A stretch of DNA of 51,743 nt, the filler included, from Bipalium vagum (taxonomy: Eukaryota): the NCBI GenBank assembly GCA_037834085.1. It is 3 parts of 3 records of this genome, joined end to end, with 100 filler letters (N's around TTAATTAATTAA, not from the genome) between each part and the next. Parts side by side here need not be neighbours in the genome. Positions count along the whole stretch, not along the records: positions 33,049 to 51,743 come from JBBMKC010022593.1; 2 more parts are not named here. One strand, 5' to 3'. Under the pieces are notes generated by a model. It was not told the origin of the DNA. It saw only the letters and a list, made by a program, of their open reading frames with translations, and did not search any database. A program made the translations under genes and the position numbers. Every line of letters begins with the position of its first letter. Position 1 is the first letter of the stretch. This document shows, piece after piece, positions 37,701 to 49,821 of this stretch.

Positions 37701-38339
37701 CGTAACATTTGCAAGTAAAAGTAAAATGTCCCTCAACAAATTTGTTTTAAATATCATTGTAACTCCCTCCACATTCCCCCCATTGTTTCGTTGATATATC
37801 AGTGATAGTCGCAGATGTGTTACAATTTGAACCACCTCTTTAATGCATGATGTTTTACCATCCAAATTAACACCATTTACTCTCAACTTCATTACACAAG
37901 ACCAGGCCTTCATAATCCTATTTGTGTACAATGTATGGCAGGGATAGTTTCAGGAATATTGTACATACTGTGAGGAAGTAAACATTTATGACGGAGTTAA
38001 TATTTTAATGGCCTATACCCCGGAACTATTTTTAATGGTGATACTATTTTCTTTTACTTAAGTGGTATCGCAGTAGCAGAATGGTTTCCGTAAGGTTTAA
38101 CACATTTTCAGAGGCTGACCATTAACCCCTTCACTAAGCAATATGTTCCAATATGAAATCATTGGTTTTCACTCAGTAAAACAGTGATATATTTTTATGA
38201 AATTTTCTCTGTATTATTTTCCTGCTGTAACCCAGGTTATTTAATGTGATATCAGATATAAATTATAATAATATTATTTTTATTAAATTACATTATTATT
38301 ATTATGATTATGATTATTATTATTACTAAATTTTATTTA

Positions 38340-40200
38340 TAAAACAAATATGTCGTGCGCCAGACTCATAAATTAAATAAATAAGCACAAGTGCCACAGA
38401 TATAATCAACCTGCATGGGCCTATGATAAATTTCATCCAATAATTGGCTTGTTTCACTCTCCAATGATCAGCGTCTTCAGTTGGATATTATAATCAGGTT
38501 TTGTCAGTTTAATTTTTCTCTTCAAGTCCGAATACTTTACGATATTTCAATTATCACTTATATCACAGCTTCGTAAAAAGTCAATTGGACATTTTAAATC
38601 AACCAAGTAAATAATATTCTTCTCTACCTTTGAAATGATCAAATCTACTCTCTCTTTTGAGTCTTGGACCTATTGATATTGCATTTTATTCTGTACAACG
38701 AGTTCTGGTTTTTGAAAGACATTGAAGATTTTTTCCAGAAAAATATCATGTCTTTGTCCAATAAGGGAAAGATTGCTCTTGCAAACCTGCACCACATAAG
38801 TCATTGATTCATTCTCAGAATGGCAGCGTTTGCATAGGCGTGCCTGGTTTTCCTTAAGAAATGGGGAATGATTTATTGCCAATGTGTTGGTTCTGGCTTT
38901 GTGAATAAATTTGAAGCTAAAAATTCCCGGTACGGCGAGAAAAATGCTCTTGATTGTTGATGGACATAGATTAAAGAAATTGTGTGTGGCGGGGCCAAAA
39001 GTGTCATCTTTACTTTGAGCTGCTCCAACTCAGTGAATTTATTACGGACATTCAGTACAGGCTCCAATTAATACACTTTTATGATCCTCTGGTGACATTA
39101 AATAGCAACATAGATGTTTTTTCTTTGATATCTTGAGAATGTTGATCTATTACCTTTTGCAGATTTTTTAATTGCTTTCTTAGGATATTTTTGCTTTTAT
39201 ATTTGCTTTATCGTTTTAAATGTATTTTCACTTTAATCCATTCTTTTGTATTGGACCAATAATAATTGATCACACAGTTTTATTGATTTATTATCGTAAT
39301 TGATTGACTTTGTTTTGTGAGAATGGCATTTGTTAATTTTAATAATCACCGTTTTCTTTTGACTCCTTTTCACTATTTCATTGGTCGCGTATTGTTGGAA
39401 GTTGATTGAAGCGTGTGCACGGGACACGGTTGACGTTATCTTAGGGAGAATGAATATTTTCTTTCCATTCCGAAGTTAAGTCGTTTCTTTATACTGTATT
39501 TTCCTTCATTTTTGATTGCTTCAATAGTGGTTTTTCATATTTCTCTGAATGAAACCGGAAAAATCGGGGTTTAGATTAGAGTACAGATAGAAATAAGAAT
39601 TATTTTCATAAGGGATAGAAAGTTTAGATTCGTTGGCTTTATTTTATTTCCTGGTCGTAGAAATATGTTCGTTTGCTGAGTTCATTCGTCAAAGAAAATA
39701 ATTTTTTAAAGGTTTTTTTGTCTCTGACAGCCTTGTATTTATTATGTTATATAATTATTTGTTGAGATACTCGATGATTCGTTCTGTTCTTCTTTTCTTT
39801 TGTAAACCTTTTGCTCAGAAATATTTACCTTTAATGGGACTGAAAGGTTTTCTTTGAAGGGTGACACACAAAGACATTAATGAAGTTTCATTGGAAAATG
39901 ATTCAGAATATACCCGGTTTTATATTGGTTTATATGGCAAAGATGCTATGGGATTTTCATAAAAGGGATTCAAGGTGCTCCTCCTCCGGGTGAACAAGTT
40001 TCTATTTAACCTTCCTGTCTTTGAAGTTCCCTTGTAGCCTCGAACACTGACATTGATTCTCCGGTATTTAAGTCTTGAATTTTGGCTTTTATAGGGGTCG
40101 AAAGTTTTTCAGATTTTTCTGGAAAAGACCGGGCTGAGATGTCAGACTGTTGTTTGCTATTTTGCTTTGCTAATTGTTCTTCTTGTCGTCAGTTGATTTA
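38340..40200 (-). mobile_element. R2-superfamily (RLE) non-LTR element with the RT region deleted
   Basis: FIHKARTNTLAIN..CKRCHSENESMTYVVQVC..RHD..RVDLII..YLVDLKCP; 3' end abuts a degenerate TAA repeat. Confidence 0.85.
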
Positions 40201-40738
40201 AAGGCAAACCTGGCGTATTCTTCAAATTTTCTAAGTTTAATCAAAACTAATATCCCTGTAACATTATTATATATAATATATAAAATAAATTATCATTTTT
40301 CTATTTTAAGAATTCATTTCATTGTTTCATTTGCAGAGAGAAACAGGATAAAACTTACCATTGTCCCCATTCTTTGAAAATGATTGAAAGGAGTTATATT
40401 TATCATGAACATGTAGATGTTTCATGTAGCTGGTCTTATGAAGGACTGCCTTGCGTGATAAATGGGTGGGATAAAGCAGGCCTTTATGTGCGAATAGAAA
40501 AACAGATGATGGACATTGTAATATTATCTGCAATCATCACTGAAATGGCTCTGAAAAGAAAACTGGAAAATAGTTTCATGCATCACTGGGCCCAAGAAAG
40601 TTAGAAGAATTGATTGACACAAATATTATATGCGATATCATCGAAGCAGTGGAATGAATGAGGTGGGATGTTTTCCTTGCAATGGTATTTAAAACAAAAT
40701 ACAGGGGCACCTTACATTTTTCAATTGCAAATACGAAA

Positions 40739-41677
40739 ATGAAGCTCGCACAGTGCATTTTTCTCATCATGAGGTTTTCAGTCTCTAAGGGTACCAGAAC
40801 CATTTTATTACGTTTGATATAACATTTGGTTTAGATGTTCTGATATCAAGGAAGACGTTTACAAACTCTGCAAACTTTCACAGTTCTCGGTATTCATCTC
40901 TGGCAGTGGACGGAAATTACGATAACGAGATCCTCCACAGTAATATTGCTTGATTGACAATGACAGTGTTACTTCATTTACACAGATTCGTGTCATGAAA
41001 GCGAAGAACGGAATAAAATCAAATGGTGGCTGATTGATCTTGGCAGTGTGTACGTCATTAGGAAATTTATATTATACAATCGTTTGAACGCCGGTTGGAA
41101 ACTTTAATGTATTTTTCTCTATAAAAGATGTTTTAGAATTTCATACGAATTCTCTCTCATTTTACGCCAGCGTTGAAGGACAGAAAACGTTTTCTTCGAA
41201 AATATCAACATTTTACTTTCTCTTTTATTACGGTGGACCTCCACCGAAAGGAGAAATGAAAACTCAGTTCAATTTTACGAGACTGGCACTTATTATTTAT
41301 TTTGAAGTTAAGAAGAGTTAATACCTTTGTTTTCAGATTGCAAGAACTCTGGTTATGTCAAAGGACTATGCTAAATATTCCATATTGTTATGTGAATTCG
41401 ATGTTTATGGTCATCCGTTTCAAAAGTCAATGGGATCCAATTGTGAGCATTTCTATTAATGTTATTGTCTAACGAAAATGTCTTAGACTTTATTGCAAGA
41501 TCAAACAGTGCAAAGGAAAATAAAACTCATTCTCAAAAGATGCAAGCAGGTTCTTTGGTAGAATGCGCAGTGCTCTGCAACGAAAATCTCTTTTGTATGT
41601 CATGGTCATTGGGATGGAGCGGAGATTGTTTTCTCTTTGATAACACTGGAGGTCGTTATCGTCTTGCTGTAGAGTGA
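40739..41677 (+). CDS. Secreted F-type lectin (fucolectin/FTP) + PAN/apple protein, copy 2, intact; join(40739..40790,40835..40939,40986..41093,41137..41285,41337..41442,41487..41677), 236 aa
   Basis: Signal-like MKLAQCIFLIMRFSVSK; SLAVDGNYDN, SCH..KWWLIDLG..ILYNR, LLCEFDVYG; PAN SLVECAVLCNENLFCMSW..DCFL; introns of 44/46/43/51/44 nt keep frame; intron 4 probably GC-AG; tatttaaa upstream. Confidence 0.88.
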
Positions 41678-41977
41678 CTGAGCTGTGACAACATCGAAAC
41701 AATATTTAAATAAAATTTGAAGCCATAGAACGATCTTCTACATAAATTTTACTTTTTAAAACTACTTTGGTACTTTTTCTCAATTTCATTTATAGAGTCA
41801 CCATTATTCATAGTGCCATCTTTTTTAAATGTTAACGTTAATGAATATGGTAGAAAAGAGAGAGAACCATACAAAAAACCTACATATATGTACGATTGTG
41901 AATTAAAGGAATACGCATGATAATGTTCGTTTTTGGTGTTCGGTTGAAGATCAAACACCCTTTGAAAATCAACCTTT

Positions 41978-44780
41978 TGTTGGCTCAACTCTTGCTTAGC
42001 TCACTGACCTATACTGAGGTTGCTGTGGGCTTACCTAAAGAGCTTACCCTCTAACAAAACTCAAAAACAAACATTCAAAAAATTTTCTTAAATAAAATGA
42101 GGGTGAAATCATTTTTATTTACAGCAATCAAACTTCTCAATGAGTCTCTCAAGCACACTCTAGTTAAAAGCTGTGCCAGGGAAAACCCTAGTCAGCAAAA
42201 TTAAAATTACAAAAAACTATACTTGTAGTCTCCTGATAAGACTTACAAGGCAAAAAGAAAAGACTGAAAGAAGAGATCTCTAAAAGTAGAGGAATAAATA
42301 AGGTCTTAAAAATAAAAAATGCACTAAACTACTTTAGAAGAAATGGAGATATTATGTTCAAAATTGATCACTTTCAGAAAAGTTCTCAAAAACAGATTAG
42401 GCAAAATAAAATTAGGGAATCTAGGAGTGGTAGATACCTTAAAAAACCAATAAAACAGGTCGAAACGAAAAAATCTTCCCATGATGAGGTTCCTCACAAA
42501 AATGTTACCAAGTATGTGGAAATAGAAACTTATCAAAATACATGTACTTCAAATGGTAGAAAATCTATGAAAAGAGACTCTACAAGAAATGACAACGTTA
42601 CCAGGAAGTTTAATTTTAGAGAGTACAAAACACTCTTGCGAAACATGGAAAGAACAGACAAGTGATAATAAACAACCCCTGAAATCAGCTTCAACTGCTA
42701 CTCAGTTCCCAGGCATAACTGGATTGTCAAAAATAAAATTCTTTAACAATAAATTCCATTTGATTATCAAAAAGAGTGAAGGACATACAAGATGTAATTC
42801 GAACTATAAAAAGCGGTCGGATCACAACGTTTGGCTCGGAGAAATAAACTTAAATTTGCAGTCTGTATCATTAGGACTGATCAAGATAAATATAGAAAAA
42901 AGAAATACATACCAACTCATCCAAATATCATAAAGCTTTTATTATTCTTCTGTCCTGTTTTGCAGAACTCAATCTCGTGGAAGATCAAGAAATGAGATCG
43001 ATGAAAATAAACAACCTCCTACTAAACATAATGGAACAGAATAAACTTCCAAATATACTTGAGAAACTCAATTTTAAATTTCATAACGGCGAATTCTTAT
43101 GCCTTGATTCTTCTGGTCTTTCCGATTTTTCATGACAAAGACATCACCAGAATATACTTATTTTCTCTTATTGTCTCTGGTAGTGAACCTACTACATTCA
43201 TTCCTGTTTGCTCCGTTGGTTTTGATGGAACTGATATTGGCTGTAATGGTACTTCATTTCTAGCGCATGTTCCTCGTCTGGTTTGATATAATGCGCATGA
43301 TTGACACCAATTTCTTATTTCTGCTTCCATTCTATTCCAGTAATACTTTCTCGCCATTCTAGAAAGAGTTATTCTGGCTGACAAATACCCTCCTAAGGAT
43401 GCATCATGATATTGCATCCTTACTGCTGTCCAAATGTTCCTTGGTAGGACATATCTTGGCTCATGTTTTCCTTCATAAAACAGTATTCTTTTTACAAGTT
43501 TAAATTTATCCTTATATTTCGGCCATCTTGTCCATCCTTCTTGTACCATTCCTTCTGTTAAGGATCTGATAATTAGACGAATCTCTTCATCTTCTTCTTG
43601 ATCACTCTGTCTGGTATCAATGTTGCGAATTCTCCGTATGACTGTAAGCACGGTCTTGTCTTCTTCCGTAAAATCTTCATCTGGTTCTTCTTGCTCTATT
43701 CTTGACAATGCGTTAGCATTGGTATTTGCTCTGCCAATTTTATATTTGATTTCTATGTCATATTCTTGCAATGTTAGAGCCCATCTGATTAATCTACTTC
43801 AATACCCATTGCAAAGTAAAAAGAACGATTTTATGCCCTCATAGATAATGTCTAAATTTCTTTACTGCAAAAAATACTGCTAAGCTTCTTTTTTCAATGA
43901 TAGCGTAATTTTTCTCGTGTCTCTTTAAGACTCTACTTGCGTATGCAATAACATGATCTATTTCGCCTTCCTCTTGCTGAGCTAAAATAGCACCTAATGC
44001 ATATCCGTCAGCGTCTGTCATTAAGAGAAATGGTTTGACCATATTTGGATATCTTAAAAATGGTTTTTAACTAATTGTTCTTTTATCGTTTCAAAAGTTT
44101 GCTACTTGATTGTATCTCTTCTGTAGGTCCATTATTGTAAAAATTGTAACCATTTTAATTTTATCGATCATCATCTCTATAACTGGTATGAGATATGTCT
44201 TTTCATGTTACTTCATTCATTTTTCTGTAATCGATGCACATTCTGATTGATCCATCTTTTTTATTACAATCACAACTGGTGAAGCCTATGGTGATGAACT
44301 TGTTTCAATTATTTCCGTGTAACATGTTCTTAATTTCTTAATCTATTTCGTTTTCAAAAGTATATGGATAGCAATACGCTGTTTCATCGGTAAGCGTTAT
44401 GCTATACCTTAGAATATGAGTACATCCAAGGTCGTAATTGTTTTTCGCAAATATTTTATGAATATGAATCATTCTGGCATCATTGTAACCGAAAGCTTCA
44501 GCCATTCGTTTGTACTCAACCATGAAATCAGAAAACTCCGTTAGTTCACCATTAAAATCTTCTATGGGCAAACTATAATAAGATTCACTTTCAAATAACT
44601 CTAATTAGCCTTTAATGAAAACAAATACTTTTAAAAGCCTTGATTCAAATCTAGCCACTAGGACCTCACAACTTCACGTACAGCTTCCTCAGATTTTATA
44701 TAATATAGCCTCAAAGGCTCACAAATACTCCCTAGCCTCGTATATTTAGCTCACCAATTATATGTTGGTGCAACTCTTGG
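41978..44780 (-). mobile_element. Ty3/gypsy retrotransposon remnant (PBS, gag start, RNase H, integrase)
   Basis: tgttgg..caactcttg LTR ends at 41978 and 44763; tggtgagc PBS; PIEDFNG..MAEAFGY; TDADGYALGAIL..IAYASR..NY..EK; LQEYDIEIKY..NANALSR; HDASLGG..YYW..CQSC. Confidence 0.88.
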
Positions 44781-45632
44781 TCAAAATACTTTTCTGGGTG
44801 CTTTTATTTTGTGACAGATTTATTGGGATAGTCTAAAGAATCATTAACTGCTTTTGAAGAATGAATATTCGAAATATTTGTATGATATACGAATTAAGAG
44901 GAAGGCAGACACTGTTTCAGTTGAGTTATCTGACGCAGACTGAAGATGGTGAGAGAGGTATTTCTGATTCCTGCTGCACTATAACTACGAAAAATACAAA
45001 TAAAATTTCCCGAAAGTTTGAAAAACTCACAACAGTTCCAAGAAGAACTCAATGTGAGAGACATGGTCTGCATTTCAGAATTCTTTTAAGGTTTGAAGAG
45101 ATTGTAACCCCTGTAACCAATTCTGTGTTTTTCCATTCCTCATTAATTTCATGACAATGAGGCTCCAATTGAAGAATGAGTTAAGGGTCATATTTTGAAC
45201 TGAGGCTTTAAAATCCGTTCAATCAGAATGATAACTTTCAGCCCTGGTGATATGAAAAGTTCAGATACATCCAAAAAACATCAAGTGATGATCCAAAAAA
45301 AAGCTTTAAAAGACTGATTTTCAAAGAGTAATTTATGTTCAAATAAATTGGATAAATTTGAGGGGTCGAGATAACTAAATGGAATAATCAATAAAATATA
45401 TTATAAATAATATTTTAATTAACACTCGTACATATATGATCGGATTCCAAAATGGTTCTCTACTCTTTGTACCATGTTCATTAACATTAGCATTTAAGGA
45501 AAGGTACTTCTATTGATGATGACACTAAAAATGGATTTTAGAACATATACCTAAGGATTTTAACAAGGTAAAACTGATGTTCTATGGCTTCAAATTTTAT
45601 TTAAGTATTGTTTCTTTGTTGTCACAGCTCAG

Positions 45633-46570
45633 TCACTCTACAGCAAAAAGATAGCGACCTCCATTGTTATCAAAGAGAAAACAATCTCGTTCCATCCCAA
45701 TGACCATGACAGACAAAACTGACGTTCGTTGCAGAGCACTGCGCATTCTACCAAAGAGCCTACTTGTATCTTTTGAGAATGAGTTGCATTTTCCTTCACA
45801 TTGTTTGATTGTGCAATGAAATCTAAGACATTTTCGTGAGATAGTAACATTAATAGAAATGCTCACAATTGGATCCCATTGACTTTTGAAACAGATGACC
45901 ATAAACATCGAATTCACATAACATGATGGAGTATTGAGAATAGTCCTTTGACATAACGAGAGTTCTTGCAATCTGAAAACAAAGGAATTAACTCTTCTTA
46001 ACTTTAAAATAAATAATAAGTGCCAGTCTCATAAAATTGAACTGATTTTTCATTTCTCCTTTCGTTGGAGGTCCACCATAATAAAGGAGAAAGTAAAATG
46101 TTGACAGTTTCGAAGAAAATGTTTTCTGTCCTCTATAGCTGGCGTAAAATGAGAGAGAATTCGTTTGACGTTCTAAAACATTATTCATAGAGAAAAATGA
46201 AGGAAGGTTTCCAACCGTTGTTCACCCGATTGTATAATATCAATTTCCTGATGACGTACACATTGCCAAGATCAATCAGCCACCATTTGGTTGTATTCCA
46301 TCATTTGCTTTCATAACACGAATCTGTGTAAATGAAGTAACACTGTCATTCTCAATGAGACAATATTACTGTGGAGCATGTCGTTATCGTAATTTCCGTC
46401 CACTGCAAGAGATGAATACCAACGATTGTAAAAGTTTGCAGAGTTTGTAAACTTCTCCCTTGATATCAGAATATCTAAGCCAAATTTTATATCAAAATTA
46501 ATAAAAGGTTTTTGATACCTATAGAGGCTGAAATCCTCATGATGAGAAAAATAAAATGTGTGAGCCTCAT
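45633..46570 (-). pseudogene. F-type lectin + PAN/apple gene, copy 3; nonsense codon and frameshift
   Basis: Same six exons (MRLTHFIFLIMRISASI|DILISREKF..); in-frame TGA at 46301-46303; 1-nt deletion in the last exon near 45690. Confidence 0.88.
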
Positions 46571-47670
46571 TGAGAATTGCAATTGTGAATGAAAGGTCCC
46601 TCATCAATTTGTTTAAATATTAATGCCAAGAAGCAACGCCGTTTCAATAAAATCCTAGTGACTAGGTTCTACTGTGTCCATGGTAATGTATATATTTGCA
46701 TTATGTGATTCCATTGTTTTCCGTCATGGGCCACCACTGTGTAAAACTAACAATGGAACCATTTCAATGATGATTGCAGAAAATATCACAATGCCCATCA
46801 TCTGTTTCATTAATGAAGTCTTCCTATCCCAATGTAAAGCTTATTTTATCCCACCCATTTTCGTATTAGCAATCCCTTCTCAAGATTCACACTAAGGAAA
46901 ATTATACATATTCTTCGTAATGATGATAACGGTACCCTTGTCAATCATTTAGACAGAATGAGAATAATTAAAACATCTCCTTCCGGGTCACGAAACAACA
47001 GCGAATTATTAAAATAGAACAATGATAAATATATTTCGCTTATTATTTATATATTGGTGTGAAAGCGAAAGTATTCTTAATTATGGTAATATTTTAATAT
47101 TATTAATAATAATGCCAATAATAAAAATAATAATGATAAAAGTGTTCTTTCCCTTTTTTCTACACTACATATTGGAACACCAGTACGATTCAAAATACAA
47201 AATTCCAAAGAGGAAGGATGGTTCGAATGCACATTCACCTTGAAAGAGGCTCGTTTTTTTATAAATAAATTTTGCTTAAACAAAATTAATTTATTTCATT
47301 GGACAATATTTTATTTATTATTGAATATATTTCCTTCATTTTATTCTTATACTCTTATCCTTCCTCCTTCTTTAAAACAGTTTTCATTGAGTCTACAAAT
47401 TAGTTCAGTCCGTTTTTACAAGTCAAAAATGTATTAAGTAAATGTATATATTTATTTTACAACAACATCAATGAACAAAATAATGTCCATCGCTGCCAAC
47501 TGCATTTTCCAACGTCTCAGATAATTCTCAAAATCCATCTTGAAAAAAATTCTCGTCTTTTTTTAGGTGATCCAAGTTAGGACCCATTGGTCGATTTATT
47601 TGAAAGAAATTACAATAATGTCAATATTTATGTTTAAATGTTAAAAAGAAAACAAATAACAAACTCTTAC

Positions 47671-47897
47671 CAATTGAGAACATTGTGTCCTAAGGTCGTG
47701 TGATGATGTCGATCCGGTACGCTCATAAACACCCTAAGAGTGAAGGAACCATAGTTGGCTCTTGTGGCATAAAAACTGGTATAATCATAATAATAAACAT
47801 TTACCAATAGTTTTCTTTCGTGCAACAGACGCTTCTTCCGACTCAAATACTTTAACAAAATAAAACTGATTTGTGGCAGTCTCTTGTGTCATTTATA
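47671..47897 (-). pseudogene. Core promoter plus first two exons of a decayed, probably secreted-protein gene
   Basis: TATAAAT (47897) exactly 30 nt before the A of Inr TCAGTT (47867); 44-nt GT-AG intron 47804-47761; ATG at 47752 MVPSLLGCL*AYRIDIITRP*DTMFSI; donor gtaaga at 47670. Confidence 0.5.
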
Positions 47898-48021
47898 CTG
47901 ATCAGATGACTTAATTGGGAATGTTAGATACATATTACAAAATCGATCCTTAAATGCTGACTGTGATCTAATCTTGGGACTTCGAAATTCGCCATTGTGA
48001 AGATTAGATCATTCAAAACAA

Positions 48022-48023
48022 AA

Positions 48024-48086
<63 letters not shown>

Positions 48087-48093
48087 TATTATT
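48022..48093. repeat. Head-to-head (AAT)n/(ATT)n palindromic microsatellite
   Basis: Direct reading; symmetry centre at about 48048. Confidence 0.9.
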
Positions 48094-48382
48094 CTGACTC
48101 TTCTGCGATCTTTAAACCCTTTTAGAAAGACAATTCAAAGAAATAAAGGGATGTACCATTGGTAACCAAACAGAATTACTATTTTTAAATCTATCCAACC
48201 AGCTCGCATGTCTTTTCAGATGGAGATTTTACGCAATGATACGATAACTCTCAGCTGCTTTTTTGCACTTCTTATAATAACTAAAACTTTGAACGGTTCT
48301 GTAAGAATGATAGGAAGGAACCGTCTAAACTACTTTTACTAATATTTAGAAAAGGTGCTCTTCTACAAATCAGGCTCTAGAT

Positions 48383-49815
48383 CAGGGATGAACGTGTAAT
48401 GATTTTCTCCTGCCCAAAAAAATTTTTCATATAAAAATTAAAAAAATTTTCAATTATTTAAAATAAATTGTCTCAAATAAAAATAACGTGTGTATAAGTG
48501 ATTTGTAGAATTTTTTTATGTTCTTATTTCTATGATTTCCATGTGATACACATACATCACTAAAATATATTCGAATAGTAGTATTTATATCGGTTGTTAT
48601 AGCAAATCATTAAAATCAAAATTATATGGTTTCATTTTTTTAGTCATGAGTAATGAAATGCATTCACTGAATATAGCCAACAGCATTCTTATTTCAATTA
48701 GTCTATCTTTGCAAGAAAGACAGACTTTGCGCAACAATGGATTTAGTCAATCGGGCGCATATAAAGTTCTAAAACAGTTTGATACTCTCGAAAGTACATT
48801 TGATGGAAGGCGGTTTAATGGATCTCAATGTAAGATTACTGGAACAGCTGCTGGTGGACTTGTCAGCAGTTTCAACAATAGCACGCACAAAAGCCTACGT
48901 AAAGCAGCCAAAAATTTCAATGTCTGCCACACAACATTTTTTAACACATTGAAGAGATATGGTGTTATGTGCTACAAGCGAAAAAAGGCGCCTATGTACA
49001 ATTCATCTATAAATAAACAGATTAAAAAAACTCTGGGTCGACTCTATCGTGAGCATCTAACAATGGGACAAGATGGTTTGCCTTTTATCATTATGGATGA
49101 TGAAACATATATAACCCAAAATGATGAAGGAAAAGTTTTTTAGTAGAACGTTTTATGCCAAAGAAATCAACACCACCCCAGAAGAAATCAAAACCTATGG
49201 TCGCACAAAATTTCCTTTCAAAGTGGGTTTGTGGTATGCAATGTCTGCACATAGTATTTATTATTATATCTGGTTCCAGGGGATGGAAATTAATGCACAA
49301 AATTACAAGATTCATTGTCTTCAACAAAGGCTAGTTCCTTTTATTGAAAAACACTATCCAGGGCGAAACTGCATTTTCTGGCCAGACAAAGCATCCTCCA
49401 TTATGCTGCTTCGACTTTGCATTATCTTGAATTCAAACAAATACCTGTTGTGAAGAAGTGCAATAATCCGACTAACGTTCCACAATGCTGTCCCATTGAG
49501 TTTTTACATGCAGAGATAAAGAGAAGAGTTTTCGACAACAAGTTTCATCCACAATCTGCTGCTCAACTTGAGTTACGTCTTCGTACAATCCAAGGATGAC
49601 TTGATACTCCATGCTCCTCCTCATTGTGACAACTTCTGCAGCAAAGTACGAGTGTTAGTTGATAAGGAATATAGATGTGGATTGTTGTCTGTTCATAAAT
49701 GAGTTGTTCATATCTTTTTATTTATAAATATATTATTTAATCTTGGATTTTTAATACTTATCATTTTAAAATTTGTCAAAACAAAATTCTACGAATCAAT
49801 TATACACATGTTACT
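48383..49815 (+). mobile_element. ITmD37E (DD37E) Tc1/mariner-superfamily transposon, near full length, two frameshifts
   Basis: IIMDDETY; KFPFKVGLW; FWPDKASSHYA..NPTNVPQCCPIE with 37 residues between D and E after fixing a 1-nt deletion; inverted repeats at 48484-48517 and 49782-49814. Confidence 0.88.
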
Positions 49816-49821
49816 AATAAA

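Noticed and set aside
40374-40604. ORF upstream of lectin copy 2 with a hydrophobic stretch
   Set aside because: Frame is not conserved in the duplicated flank at 46700-46950; the better signal-peptide exon starts at 40739
41749-41988. 79-aa ORF convergent on lectin copy 2
   Set aside because: Counterpart at 45420-45560 is broken by indels and stops; best read as duplicated 3' flank
42300-43050. Lys-rich plus-strand ORFs inside the gypsy remnant
   Set aside because: Probably another decayed retroelement fragment, but no diagnostic motif to support a call
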